Source: Nanobdellota archaeon (GTDB lineage: Archaea; Nanobdellota; Nanobdellia; SCGC-AAA011-G17; JAFCDX01). From it: a DNA stretch of 29,854 nt. How positions within the stretch are numbered: position 1 is the stretch's first letter; each line of letters begins with the position of its first letter. The stretch lies in NCBI GenBank assembly GCA_018816585.1, contig JAHIVQ010000047.1, positions 1-29,854 on the forward strand, in the 5' to 3' direction. Shown here piece after piece: positions 1 to 6,928 of the stretch. The position numbers were made by a program, and so were the translations under genes. Under the pieces are notes generated by a model. That model did not search any database. It was not told the DNA's origin and saw only the letters and a list, made by a program, of their open reading frames with translations.

Positions 1-256
1 CATTAACATTAAAATTAGTTATATGACCTGAAGCCTTCCAAGTTCTAGGGTGAGATATTATAGACGCTTCAATTCCAACCATATTTTCTTTATCTTGAAC
101 AAAAAATTTCCACCAACTATCCTTTATATTTTTGAATAATTCCACTCCTAAAGGACCAAAATCAAAGAATCCAGATAAACCTCCATATATCTCAGAAGAG
201 GGATAAACAAAACCCTTTTTTTTACAAAAAGTTGCTATATCTTGTATTGTAATCAT
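1..256 (-). CDS. glyS: Glycine--tRNA ligase, N-terminal part (runs off window start)
   Basis: Manual translation from ATG at 256: MITIQDIATFCKKKGFVYPSSEIYGGLSGFFDFGPLGVELFKNIKDSWWKFFV...HPRTWKASGH, the typical N-terminus of eukaryote/archaeal-type GlyRS. The ATG overlaps the dph2 TGA (ATGA). Not in the ORF track. Confidence 0.93.
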   Translation of the reverse strand, partial: MITIQDIATFCKKKGFVYPSSEIYGGLSGFFDFGPLGVELFKNIKDSWWKFFVQDKENMVGIEASIISHPRTWKASGHITNFNVN

Positions 257-861
257 AATTCTGGTAAATCTTCAAGGTTTATAATGTTTTTGCCTTCTAT
301 TCTTGTACAGGCAGTATTAATCCATATATCTATATTTCTAAAATTTTCAAACTCATTTTCATTTATATTATTACAAATAAAGATATAAGAATTCTTTAGC
401 TTTTTTCTTAATAATTCTGCTTTTTTTAAATTATATTGGCCATTTTTTGTTGATACTAAAATACCATAAGATTTTGCAGCAAAAAATTTACTTAATTTAC
501 CTTTTAATCTTTTTTCATAATCTTGTATTTCAGATTCTTCTATTTTAGAAAACTCATCTGTATTTGGATTTAAAATATAAACAGGTTTTTTTAATTTTTT
601 AGCAATTTGAATTGGATGAAATCTTCCAGAACCAATGTAAAGAAAAGAATCTACTTTATCTTTTATTTTCTCAGCATTTTTTACATTACATCCAAGTACT
701 TGCCCTCCAATTACAGAATTTTCTATTAATTTAGATGCTTTATCTAATTGATTAAAAAACTGAATAGTTGTTATTAAACCTATTTTACCTTTTATACTCA
801 CTTTTTTTAGTGATTTTTCTATATCAATAATCGATCTCGCAGGAATAAATAGTGTTTTCAT
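253..861 (-). CDS. dph2: Diphthamide biosynthesis protein Dph2, short two-domain form
   Basis: Motifs GLITTIQF, GQVLGCN, YIGSGRFHP, GILVSTKNGQ and NTACTRI match Dph1/Dph2. At 202 aa it lacks the N-terminal domain. Confidence 0.85.
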   Translation of the reverse strand: MKTLFIPARSIIDIEKSLKKVSIKGKIGLITTIQFFNQLDKASKLIENSVIGGQVLGCNVKNAEKIKDKVDSFLYIGSGRFHPIQIAKKLKKPVYILNPNTDEFSKIEESEIQDYEKRLKGKLSKFFAAKSYGILVSTKNGQYNLKKAELLRKKLKNSYIFICNNINENEFENFRNIDIWINTACTRIEGKNIINLEDLPEL

Positions 862-1382
862 TTAACTTTCATCTTTTCAACAATGGCTTTATCTGAAAGA
901 ATAGCAGAATTTCCATTTGGATCTTCAATTACAATTTTTAATGGAATATCACCACATTTTACTTTCCATATTTTCTTTAATAAATTCTTTGCAGCTGTTC
1001 TTGCTTCATTATCTTCTGCACTATCTCTTTCACTAATTAAAATATCTTCAAATTTTTTTAATAAACCTTCCATATTTGAAATAAATCCTATAGATGCAGG
1101 TCCTGGTCTTGAATCCATCCTTAATTGTGGTATTTTTACTGTTGCTGTTCCTGATTTTATAACTTTTACATTAAGATCCTTTTCATTTTCTATTGTAAAT
1201 GTGTATCTGCTTGGATCATTTATACCCTCACATTCAACATCAGACATATGATAGTTGCACTTAGAGCAAGTCATAGAAAAAATAAATACTTTACCAAAGT
1301 GAGGAATATCATTTGTGTCTTCTCTAAGCACTAAATTTTTAGTATTACACATTGGGCATTCTTCATTTTTGATTTCTTCCAT
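858..1382 (-). CDS. ZPR1-family zinc finger protein
   Basis: CPMC...IPHFGKVFIFSMTCSKCNYHMSDV, plus DLNVKVIKS and IEDPNGNSAI. Start placed at the second Met (MEEIK, 1382); the track starts at 1403. Confidence 0.9.
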   Translation of the reverse strand: MEEIKNEECPMCNTKNLVLREDTNDIPHFGKVFIFSMTCSKCNYHMSDVECEGINDPSRYTFTIENEKDLNVKVIKSGTATVKIPQLRMDSRPGPASIGFISNMEGLLKKFEDILISERDSAEDNEARTAAKNLLKKIWKVKCGDIPLKIVIEDPNGNSAILSDKAIVEKMKVK

Positions 1383-1449
1383 TATTAAAAAGATAAAAAA
1401 CAATTTATAAATTTTGTTATTGTAATAAATCTAGTTTAGAAAAAGAATT

Positions 1450-1863
1450 TTATTCCATTTTTGATTTATCATCAGTGCTTGGGAGCTCTTCTGCTACACC
1501 TGCTCTGTAAACTTGTGCAAAATTTGGAGTAACAACAATCCAATCTTCTCCAAAACCTGCTATATCACCTTCAATAGCATCGCATGTTTTCTTTAGTTTA
1601 TTAACAGCTCTTTTTAATTCAATAAGATCCTTTTCCTTTAATGGACCAATATTAACTAGAGCTATAGTATAACCTTCTCTTAAAGAATCAAGAGCTGGTT
1701 TAATATCTGGAAAATCTTGTATTATAAAAGGTCTTACAACTATCTTTGATTTAGGCCCTATATTCTTTTTAGTATCAATTTCAACATAATCTTCCTTAAA
1801 CTCTTCAGGAAAATCAGAATAATTACCTTTGAATTTGTCTTTTATTTTGGATAATATGCTCAT
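1450..1863 (-). CDS. sepF: Cell division protein SepF
   Basis: DIKPALDSLREGYTIALVNI...LKRAVNKLKKTCDAIEGDIAGFGEDWIVVTP is the SepF core, in the conserved UPF0147-SepF-ZPR1 neighbourhood. Start is probably MSIL (1863). Confidence 0.88.
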   Translation of the reverse strand: MSILSKIKDKFKGNYSDFPEEFKEDYVEIDTKKNIGPKSKIVVRPFIIQDFPDIKPALDSLREGYTIALVNIGPLKEKDLIELKRAVNKLKKTCDAIEGDIAGFGEDWIVVTPNFAQVYRAGVAEELPSTDDKSKME

Positions 1864-1912
1864 TTTCTTACCCCTATGCAATTATTACAATGATACACAT
1901 ATATAAATATTT

Positions 1913-2158
1913 CTATTGTCTACTCTCTAATATACTTACAGCATTCCAAATCTGGGTTTTAGCATAAACAGGTAAACCTGGGTCATCTGCGAGACAATCA
2001 AGTTCTTGTATTGCCTTATCAATTATTGTGCAGTCATTTGATTGTTCAAGACAGTTGATAGTACCTCTTATTTTAACACGCATATTTTTTGGTATAGTAT
2101 CATCATTTTCCATCTCAGCAAGAATATCTATAATACTAATCATTTTTTCATTTTTCAT
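1913..2158 (-). CDS. UPF0147 family protein
   Basis: DDTIPKNMR ... DDPGLPVYAKTQIWNAVSILES signature; located next to sepF. Confidence 0.85.
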   Translation of the reverse strand: MKNEKMISIIDILAEMENDDTIPKNMRVKIRGTINCLEQSNDCTIIDKAIQELDCLADDPGLPVYAKTQIWNAVSILESRQ

Positions 2159-2486
2159 TTTCTATCTTTGACATTACCTCTTTCTGTAACTCTGATGCTT
2201 TTTCTTTTATTTTATTTTCCTGTTTTTCTATATTTTTTATTCTTAAATCAATTATTTCCTTTTTTTCATTTAAATCCTTTTCAAGATCTTCTTTTTTTGA
2301 TTTTATCATAATAGAACCAATTATTTTATAAGCATCTTCTTTTGTTTTCTTTAATTCTTCAATTGCATTCTCTATTTCAGTCTGTGTAATCTGGAATCTT
2401 TGCTTTTGCATAGCAAAATTATTCAGATTTTGTTCAAAAGTCTGTAATTCTATGATCTTTGCTTCTGTTTCCTTGGATAATTTCAT
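2148..2486 (-). CDS. pfdB: Prefoldin beta subunit
   Basis: Coiled coil with EIENAIEELKK...AYKIIGSIMIK...LRIKNIEKQE; follows rpoP. Confidence 0.9.
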   Translation of the reverse strand: MKLSKETEAKIIELQTFEQNLNNFAMQKQRFQITQTEIENAIEELKKTKEDAYKIIGSIMIKSKKEDLEKDLNEKKEIIDLRIKNIEKQENKIKEKASELQKEVMSKIENEK

Positions 2487-2620
2487 TCTGCTTTTACCTT
2501 TGAACTTATAGTTCTTGGTTTAAATAGTATTTTAGAACCACAAAATGGGCATCTTACTTTTCTCTTTACATATTCATCCTTTACTTCTTTCCTGCAATCG
2601 AAACATTTGTATGCTGTCAT
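2483..2620 (-). CDS. rpoP: DNA-directed RNA polymerase subunit P (Rpo12), 45 aa
   Basis: Manual translation MTAYKCFDCRKEVKDEYVKRKVRCPFCGSKILFKPRTISSKVKAE*: CxxC...RCPxCGxKILFK zinc ribbon between rpl37ae and pfdB. Missed by the ORF track. Confidence 0.93.
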   Translation of the reverse strand: MTAYKCFDCRKEVKDEYVKRKVRCPFCGSKILFKPRTISSKVKAE

Positions 2621-2621
2621 T

Positions 2622-2840
2622 TTATTCCACGAAATATGCTTTATTTGTAAATTTTTTTTTGCATTTTTTACAATGCCATATGCCTGCTGCTAATCTTTTG
2701 ACTTGTCCTGTTTTTTTACAATAAGGGCATTTCTTCTTTTTTCTTTGCTTTTGTTCAATATCAATTACTCGCTGCCTTACTCCCTTTCCATATCTTGAAC
2801 CAAATCTTCCAGCAGACTTAACTTTTTTTGTTCCTACCAT
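2622..2840 (-). CDS. rpl37ae: 50S ribosomal protein L37Ae (eL43)
   Basis: SAGRFGSRYG, CPYC and GIWHCKKC motifs. Confidence 0.95.
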   Translation of the reverse strand: MVGTKKVKSAGRFGSRYGKGVRQRVIDIEQKQRKKKKCPYCKKTGQVKRLAAGIWHCKKCKKKFTNKAYFVE

Positions 2841-2936
2841 TTTTAAATCTTTTTAAAATCCATTATTTATAAATGTTTAGTATGGGGCTACCCGGATTTG
2901 AACCGGGGTCGCAAGGTCCCAAACCTCGAAGCGTAA

Positions 2937-2963
2937 TTGCTTTTGGTTTTATTATTTACCAAC
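2937..2963 (-). other. tRNA intron 2 (27 nt, D-loop position 19/20)
   Basis: GCTT/AAGC central helix, bulges GGG and AAT, inner TTGGT/ACCAA hairpin, short TA/TA outer helix. Removal gives the D-loop AGCTTGGTTA. Confidence 0.85.
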
Positions 2964-2980
2964 CCAAGCTAGCCCATAGC

Positions 2981-3007
2981 GTGATGCTTTATTATTTATT
3001 TTAAAGT
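2981..3007 (-). other. tRNA intron 1 (27 nt, position 3/4 in the acceptor stem)
   Basis: CCCATAG/CTATGGG outer helix, GATG/CATC central helix, bulges GGA and ACG, inner CTTTA/TAAAG hairpin. Cleavage after the second bulge nucleotide restores GGGGCTA, which pairs with TAGCCCC. Confidence 0.85.
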
Positions 3008-3013
3008 CCCATC

Positions 3014-3826
3014 CTATGGGTTATATATTACCCCATTAGCTTTACAAGGTTGTATATCATTAATAAATCTTACTACTTCATCTTTTCTGTACAAGCAAGC
3101 ATTTCTTTTATTCGCCTTTGCAAAGGAATATCCTAAATTTTTAGTTACTTCTTTAAAATCATCTAATAATTGCTGATTAAAATTTGTGAACTTTATATAA
3201 ATATGTTTCTCTCTTTTACAAAAATAAATACAACCATCAGTATCGATTAAACCACCTATGCATCTTTTTGAATATAATTTATTATTCTTAATCCAATTAG
3301 GGATTCCAACTTGGCTTTTTATTTTATCTCCTTTTTTAAGACCTAACTTAACTAACCTTTTAATTAAATTTTGATTATAATAATACAAATGTGCTTCATT
3401 TCTTTTTGGATTAATTCTTTTTTTAAATTTAAGATTAAAAGTTTCTTTAAATAAATTATTTACATATTCTATATAATTTGTATTTCTTTTATCGAAAGTG
3501 ATATTTAATGTATTTTTATATACACTTCCATCCCCCAATATTATTCCAATAAATTCTGCTAATTCTTTATTTTTTCTAATTGGTTTAACAGGTTCTGAAT
3601 ATGCGTATTTTCCTAAATTTTTAACATAATCAAATTTAATCTCTTTTAATTTTATCTTTAAATTCAGCATTTCTTCTAATTTTTTAAGGTGATTCTCATT
3701 TATACTTAAATTTCTATAATAAATATTCTTTACTTCAAAACCCAATTTTTGCCTTATTTGTCTTAAACTGTAACCACTTTTTCTTATACTTCTTTTTAGT
3801 TCATTATTTATTAGATATCTCTTCAT
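3014..3826 (-). CDS. Free-standing LAGLIDADG (DOD/intein-type) homing-endonuclease-like protein with putative N-terminal HTH
   Basis: Two motifs, LAEFIGIILGDGSV and CIGGLIDTDGCI, both with the catalytic-position Asp. No intein splicing blocks or host extein are visible. The N-terminus has LKRSIRKSGYSLRQIRQKLG. Confidence 0.8.
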   Translation of the reverse strand: MKRYLINNELKRSIRKSGYSLRQIRQKLGFEVKNIYYRNLSINENHLKKLEEMLNLKIKLKEIKFDYVKNLGKYAYSEPVKPIRKNKELAEFIGIILGDGSVYKNTLNITFDKRNTNYIEYVNNLFKETFNLKFKKRINPKRNEAHLYYYNQNLIKRLVKLGLKKGDKIKSQVGIPNWIKNNKLYSKRCIGGLIDTDGCIYFCKREKHIYIKFTNFNQQLLDDFKEVTKNLGYSFAKANKRNACLYRKDEVVRFINDIQPCKANGVIYNP

Positions 3827-3851
3827 TTAATAAAAATAAAGGAAATTTCCC

Positions 3852-3916
3852 TTATAAACCCTGCGCGCACACTTTGCAAGTTGCAATTTACTCTAAAATA
3901 TATATTACAGAATATA
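3852..3916. repeat. 65-bp dispersed element, copy 1 (TATA box plus upstream palindromes)
   Basis: ttataaaccctgcgcgcacactttgcaagttgcaatttactctaaaatatatattacagaatata; 64/65 identical to 11995-12059 in the same orientation. Confidence 0.95.
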
Positions 3917-4020
3917 GATTAATGTTTCTGCTAAAGAAAAAACTAATTTACTGAATCTCATTTACAAATTCCACCTGAAAATAGAATACTAATTAAGTTA
4001 ATTGCTAAATACTTAAGAAA

Positions 4021-4323
4021 TCACTTATTCAACTTCAATTCCAATCCATCTGGAGTTAAGAGAACTTCATAATTACCAGAATTTATTTGATCTTTTATAT
4101 CTTGGTAACCTCTTTTTGCATCAATCTCATTATTCCAGCTTTTAATCTGATAACCATGAATACTTGGAGTTATGGAAATAAAAGCTATGTAATTACCACT
4201 CCAATCTTTTTCAAGAGATAAGGCTAATTTAGAATCTTCAGAAATCCTACCTATCTTAATTTTATCTCTTTCCAGAGAGAATTCAGTTAAATCAATATTA
4301 TCAAGTGGGTCTGGCATATGCAA
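4021..4323 (-). CDS. Hypothetical protein (100 aa)
   Basis: Clean ORF with normal composition; no motif recognised. Confidence 0.6.
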   Translation of the reverse strand: MHMPDPLDNIDLTEFSLERDKIKIGRISEDSKLALSLEKDWSGNYIAFISITPSIHGYQIKSWNNEIDAKRGYQDIKDQINSGNYEVLLTPDGLELKLNK

Positions 4324-4380
4324 TAAGATAGAAATAATTGTATATAATACTTTTGGTAATATAACAATTTTAGGGTTCCA

Positions 4381-4695
4381 TTAAGGGTTATTGCTAAGAC
4401 TAACTTTTGGAAAATATATACATATGGGATTTGGATTAATTTTAAGATAATTATCAACAAAATTGTCTATATGCTCATTGAGTAATTCCAAGAAGTCAGA
4501 TGTAGCAAATCCTTCTCCACGTGAAGTTACAAATCCCCATTCAATAAGATTACTCAAATATAGATTGACTGCTTTTTCTGGCAGTCTTGCCTGTTTAGAA
4601 ATAGCTTGTAAGCTCAGATGTTCTTCTGAATCCAAATCATCTGGATCATGAGGTTCATTATTATATATCAATTCGTAAATATCAAATTCTATCAT
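4381..4695 (-). CDS. Hypothetical protein, possible winged helix-turn-helix
   Basis: LSLQAISKQARLPEKAVNLYLSNLIEWGFVTSRGEGF resembles HTH plus wing. Confidence 0.55.
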   Translation of the reverse strand: MIEFDIYELIYNNEPHDPDDLDSEEHLSLQAISKQARLPEKAVNLYLSNLIEWGFVTSRGEGFATSDFLELLNEHIDNFVDNYLKINPNPICIYFPKVSLSNNP

Positions 4696-4734
4696 TCGGT
4701 ATATTAATTGATTATAATATATAAATATTACTAA

Positions 4735-5085
4735 TTATTTTTTTGGATGCCATCCAACAAGTTCTGCTATTTTTTTAAATCCATCTAAATCTCTAAAGAA
4801 AGTGTAATGAACATAATTAAATTCTGTTCTGGTTTCAAGAACACTAGCAAGAATAAACATATCCCTATATGTTAAATATGTAATTCTATCATTTGTTATT
4901 TGTACCGTATCATATGCAATTTCACCTGACCTAATCTGCCATCCTATTTTTGGTACATCCCATTTTGGTGCTTCATAATATTCTTCAACAAACTCTTTAG
5001 TTTCAATGAAAAAGTCATCAATTATCTTTGAAATTTCTCCATGATAATCTGTATTTAGAGTAATTGGATTTGGAACTGGTTTCAT
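4735..5085 (-). CDS. Hypothetical protein (116 aa)
   Basis: Clean ORF; no motif recognised. Confidence 0.6.
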   Translation of the reverse strand: MKPVPNPITLNTDYHGEISKIIDDFFIETKEFVEEYYEAPKWDVPKIGWQIRSGEIAYDTVQITNDRITYLTYRDMFILASVLETRTEFNYVHYTFFRDLDGFKKIAELVGWHPKK

Positions 5086-5110
5086 TTTAATCCTAAATCA
5101 GAACTCTTTT

Positions 5111-5800
5111 TTATTTCTTAGCTTCTTTTTTCTCTGCTGGTTTCTTTTCAACTGCAGCAGGTTTAGTCTCAGTTGTAGGAGCAGCACCTTCAGCAGGAGT
5201 AGCAGTTGATTTTTTCTCTTTAAGTTCTTCCTCTTCTTTCTTCTTCTTAAGTCTATCACTGAATTTCTGATTCATTTCTTCAAGTGTTTTCTTTAATTCA
5301 CTTCTTTTTTCAGCACTTACTTCAGTTTCTTCTTTAGAGATAATTTTATCATAAACTCCATTTTCAACATCTTTTGATACATCCTTTGCATCTTTATTCT
5401 CAACTAAAACACCCATTTGATTGCATGTTCCCAAAATTGTTTTTATTGCTGATTTAAGATTATTAACAAGTAATCCAAGTCTTTTCATCTTTGCTATTTT
5501 TATTACATCTTGTACTGCAAGATTACCTATTTTTTCGAGTCTTGTATAACCTGCTCCTTTTTCTGCTTTTAATTCACTCTTAATTAATTCAGAAGCAGAT
5601 GGAGTTCCAATAGTTATATTATAGGTTTTATCTTTATTAACATCTATTTCAACAGGAACTTTAATACCCTTAAAATCAACTGTTTTTTGATTTATATCAT
5701 TAAGAACATTTTGCATTATACCTAATGGACCTAAAGCCTGAGCAAACTGTGGATTTGCAGTTGCTTTCCCTCCATCAACAATTAATTTAAGCTTACTCAT
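5111..5800 (-). CDS. rpl11: 50S ribosomal protein L11 (uL11) with C-terminal low-complexity extension
   Basis: GGKATANPQFAQALGPLG, IGTPSASELIK and KTILGTCNQMGVLVE motifs; follows spt5. Confidence 0.95.
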   Translation of the reverse strand: MSKLKLIVDGGKATANPQFAQALGPLGIMQNVLNDINQKTVDFKGIKVPVEIDVNKDKTYNITIGTPSASELIKSELKAEKGAGYTRLEKIGNLAVQDVIKIAKMKRLGLLVNNLKSAIKTILGTCNQMGVLVENKDAKDVSKDVENGVYDKIISKEETEVSAEKRSELKKTLEEMNQKFSDRLKKKKEEEELKEKKSTATPAEGAAPTTETKPAAVEKKPAEKKEAKK

Positions 5801-6257
5801 TTTCTTCTTCAGCTTCTCCTTCTCTTCTAATTACTTTTACAGAATCCATTTTTACTGTTATTGGTATTGGAACTGTTGCTTCTAATAATTCAACAACAAC
5901 TTCATCTTTTGTTTCATCAATTTTTTTAACCTTTGCTTTTTCTCTTTTGAAAGGACCTGAGATAATTTCAACAATATCATTTTTTTGTATATTTACTTGA
6001 ACTTTAACTTGTTCCAGCATACCTTCTATTTCAGAATATTTTATTGAATTAGGAAGAACTTTTTTTGCATAAGGAACACCTTGAGCGGCTAATTCTGCTT
6101 CTTCTAATTTTGATGCTTCTATTATGATATATCCCCTTAATCCATGAGGTTTTATTATTGAATATACTTCAAGTTTTTTCTTTTCTGCATTAGTTGATAC
6201 AAAATCCATTACTTGATCTTCTCTATTTGCAGTTGTTTTTAATATGAAAATTGTCAT
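5793..6257 (-). CDS. spt5: Transcription elongation factor Spt5/NusG
   Basis: NGN domain (HGLRGYIIIEA) plus KOW (DIVEIISGPFKREKAKV...VELLEATVPIPITV). Confidence 0.95.
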   Translation of the reverse strand: MTIFILKTTANREDQVMDFVSTNAEKKKLEVYSIIKPHGLRGYIIIEASKLEEAELAAQGVPYAKKVLPNSIKYSEIEGMLEQVKVQVNIQKNDIVEIISGPFKREKAKVKKIDETKDEVVVELLEATVPIPITVKMDSVKVIRREGEAEEENE

Positions 6258-6451
6258 AATATTACTCCTTTAACTACCTGCCATAACATGAATATTATAA
6301 ATCCTATTAATCCTATTAGTAACATTCCTATTCCAGTAACCTTTGCAATTGAAGTAAACTCTTGTTTACTTGGCTTTTTAGTTACTAAAAATACTCTTCT
6401 ACATTCTAGTATAAAGCTTTTAAACTTTACTAATAATTCTTTAAAGTTCAT
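6254..6451 (-). CDS. secE: Protein translocase subunit SecE/Sec61-gamma
   Basis: ECRRVFLVTKKPSKQEF...GIGMLLIGLIGFII single TM; canonical position. Confidence 0.95.
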   Translation of the reverse strand: MNFKELLVKFKSFILECRRVFLVTKKPSKQEFTSIAKVTGIGMLLIGLIGFIIFMLWQVVKGVIL

Positions 6452-6491
6452 CTTATAAAAGGATAAAAGGTATTTAAAAAGGTTATTATTC

Positions 6492-6743
6492 CTATTGAGA
6501 ATTGCTTGCTTTCACTTCTAAATCATCTAAATGAGTATTAAAAGGTTCTGTACTATGTCTTGATTCATGATATTTATCAGCTTCATATATTACATTTATT
6601 CTTTTTAAATCTTCTATTCCATGAAATTCTCCAATTTTATATCTTCTACGTGTCTTACTATCAGGGTTATATATAAATGTTTTACCTACTAGACTTTTCT
6701 TAAATTCAGTTAAATAATCTATTAAAGTTTTTTCTTCTGCCAT
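6492..6743 (-). CDS. Hypothetical protein (83 aa)
   Basis: ORF between ftsZ and secE; no recognised motif. Confidence 0.55.
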   Translation of the reverse strand: MAEEKTLIDYLTEFKKSLVGKTFIYNPDSKTRRRYKIGEFHGIEDLKRINVIYEADKYHESRHSTEPFNTHLDDLEVKASNSQ

Positions 6744-6745
6744 TT

Positions 6746-6919
6746 TTAATCTTCATAAATAAAACTTATCATTCTATATTGAGGATCAAATCCACTTTCC
6801 ATACTAAGCGTATCAGGCCCACTTCTAATAGCATATTGATCTGGACTTGAAGACTTAAGTTTTATACCATACTTCTCACATATAGAATAGTCTTCTTTTG
6901 TTTTATCTTCTTCTTCCAT
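6746..6919 (-). CDS. Hypothetical small protein (57 aa)
   Basis: Manual translation MEEEDKTKEDYSICEKYGIKLKSSSPDQYAIRSGPDTLSMESGFDPQYRMISFIYED*. It fills the gap from the ftsZ stop (9 nt away) to the next ATG (2 nt away). Not in the track. Confidence 0.6.
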   Translation of the reverse strand: MEEEDKTKEDYSICEKYGIKLKSSSPDQYAIRSGPDTLSMESGFDPQYRMISFIYED

Positions 6920-6928
6920 TTTATCCTT

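Larger units (their letters stand above)
2883..3010 (-). tRNA. tRNA-Pro(UGG) with two non-canonical BHB introns (3/4 and 19/20)
   Basis: Exons 3010-3008 (GGG), 2980-2964 and 2936-2883 join to GGGGCTA TG GGCT AGCTTGGTTA CGCT T CGAGG TTTGGGA CCTTG CGAC CCCGG TTCAAAT CCGGG TAGCCCC A, a normal cloverleaf with anticodon TGG. Each 27-nt intron lies in a 3-4-3 bulge-helix-bulge. Confidence 0.9.

Noticed and set aside
3917-4020. Short open frames downstream of the 100-aa orphan (e.g. MRFSKLVFSLAETLIYIL)
   Set aside because: About 20 codons or fewer, with no SD or recognisable motif.
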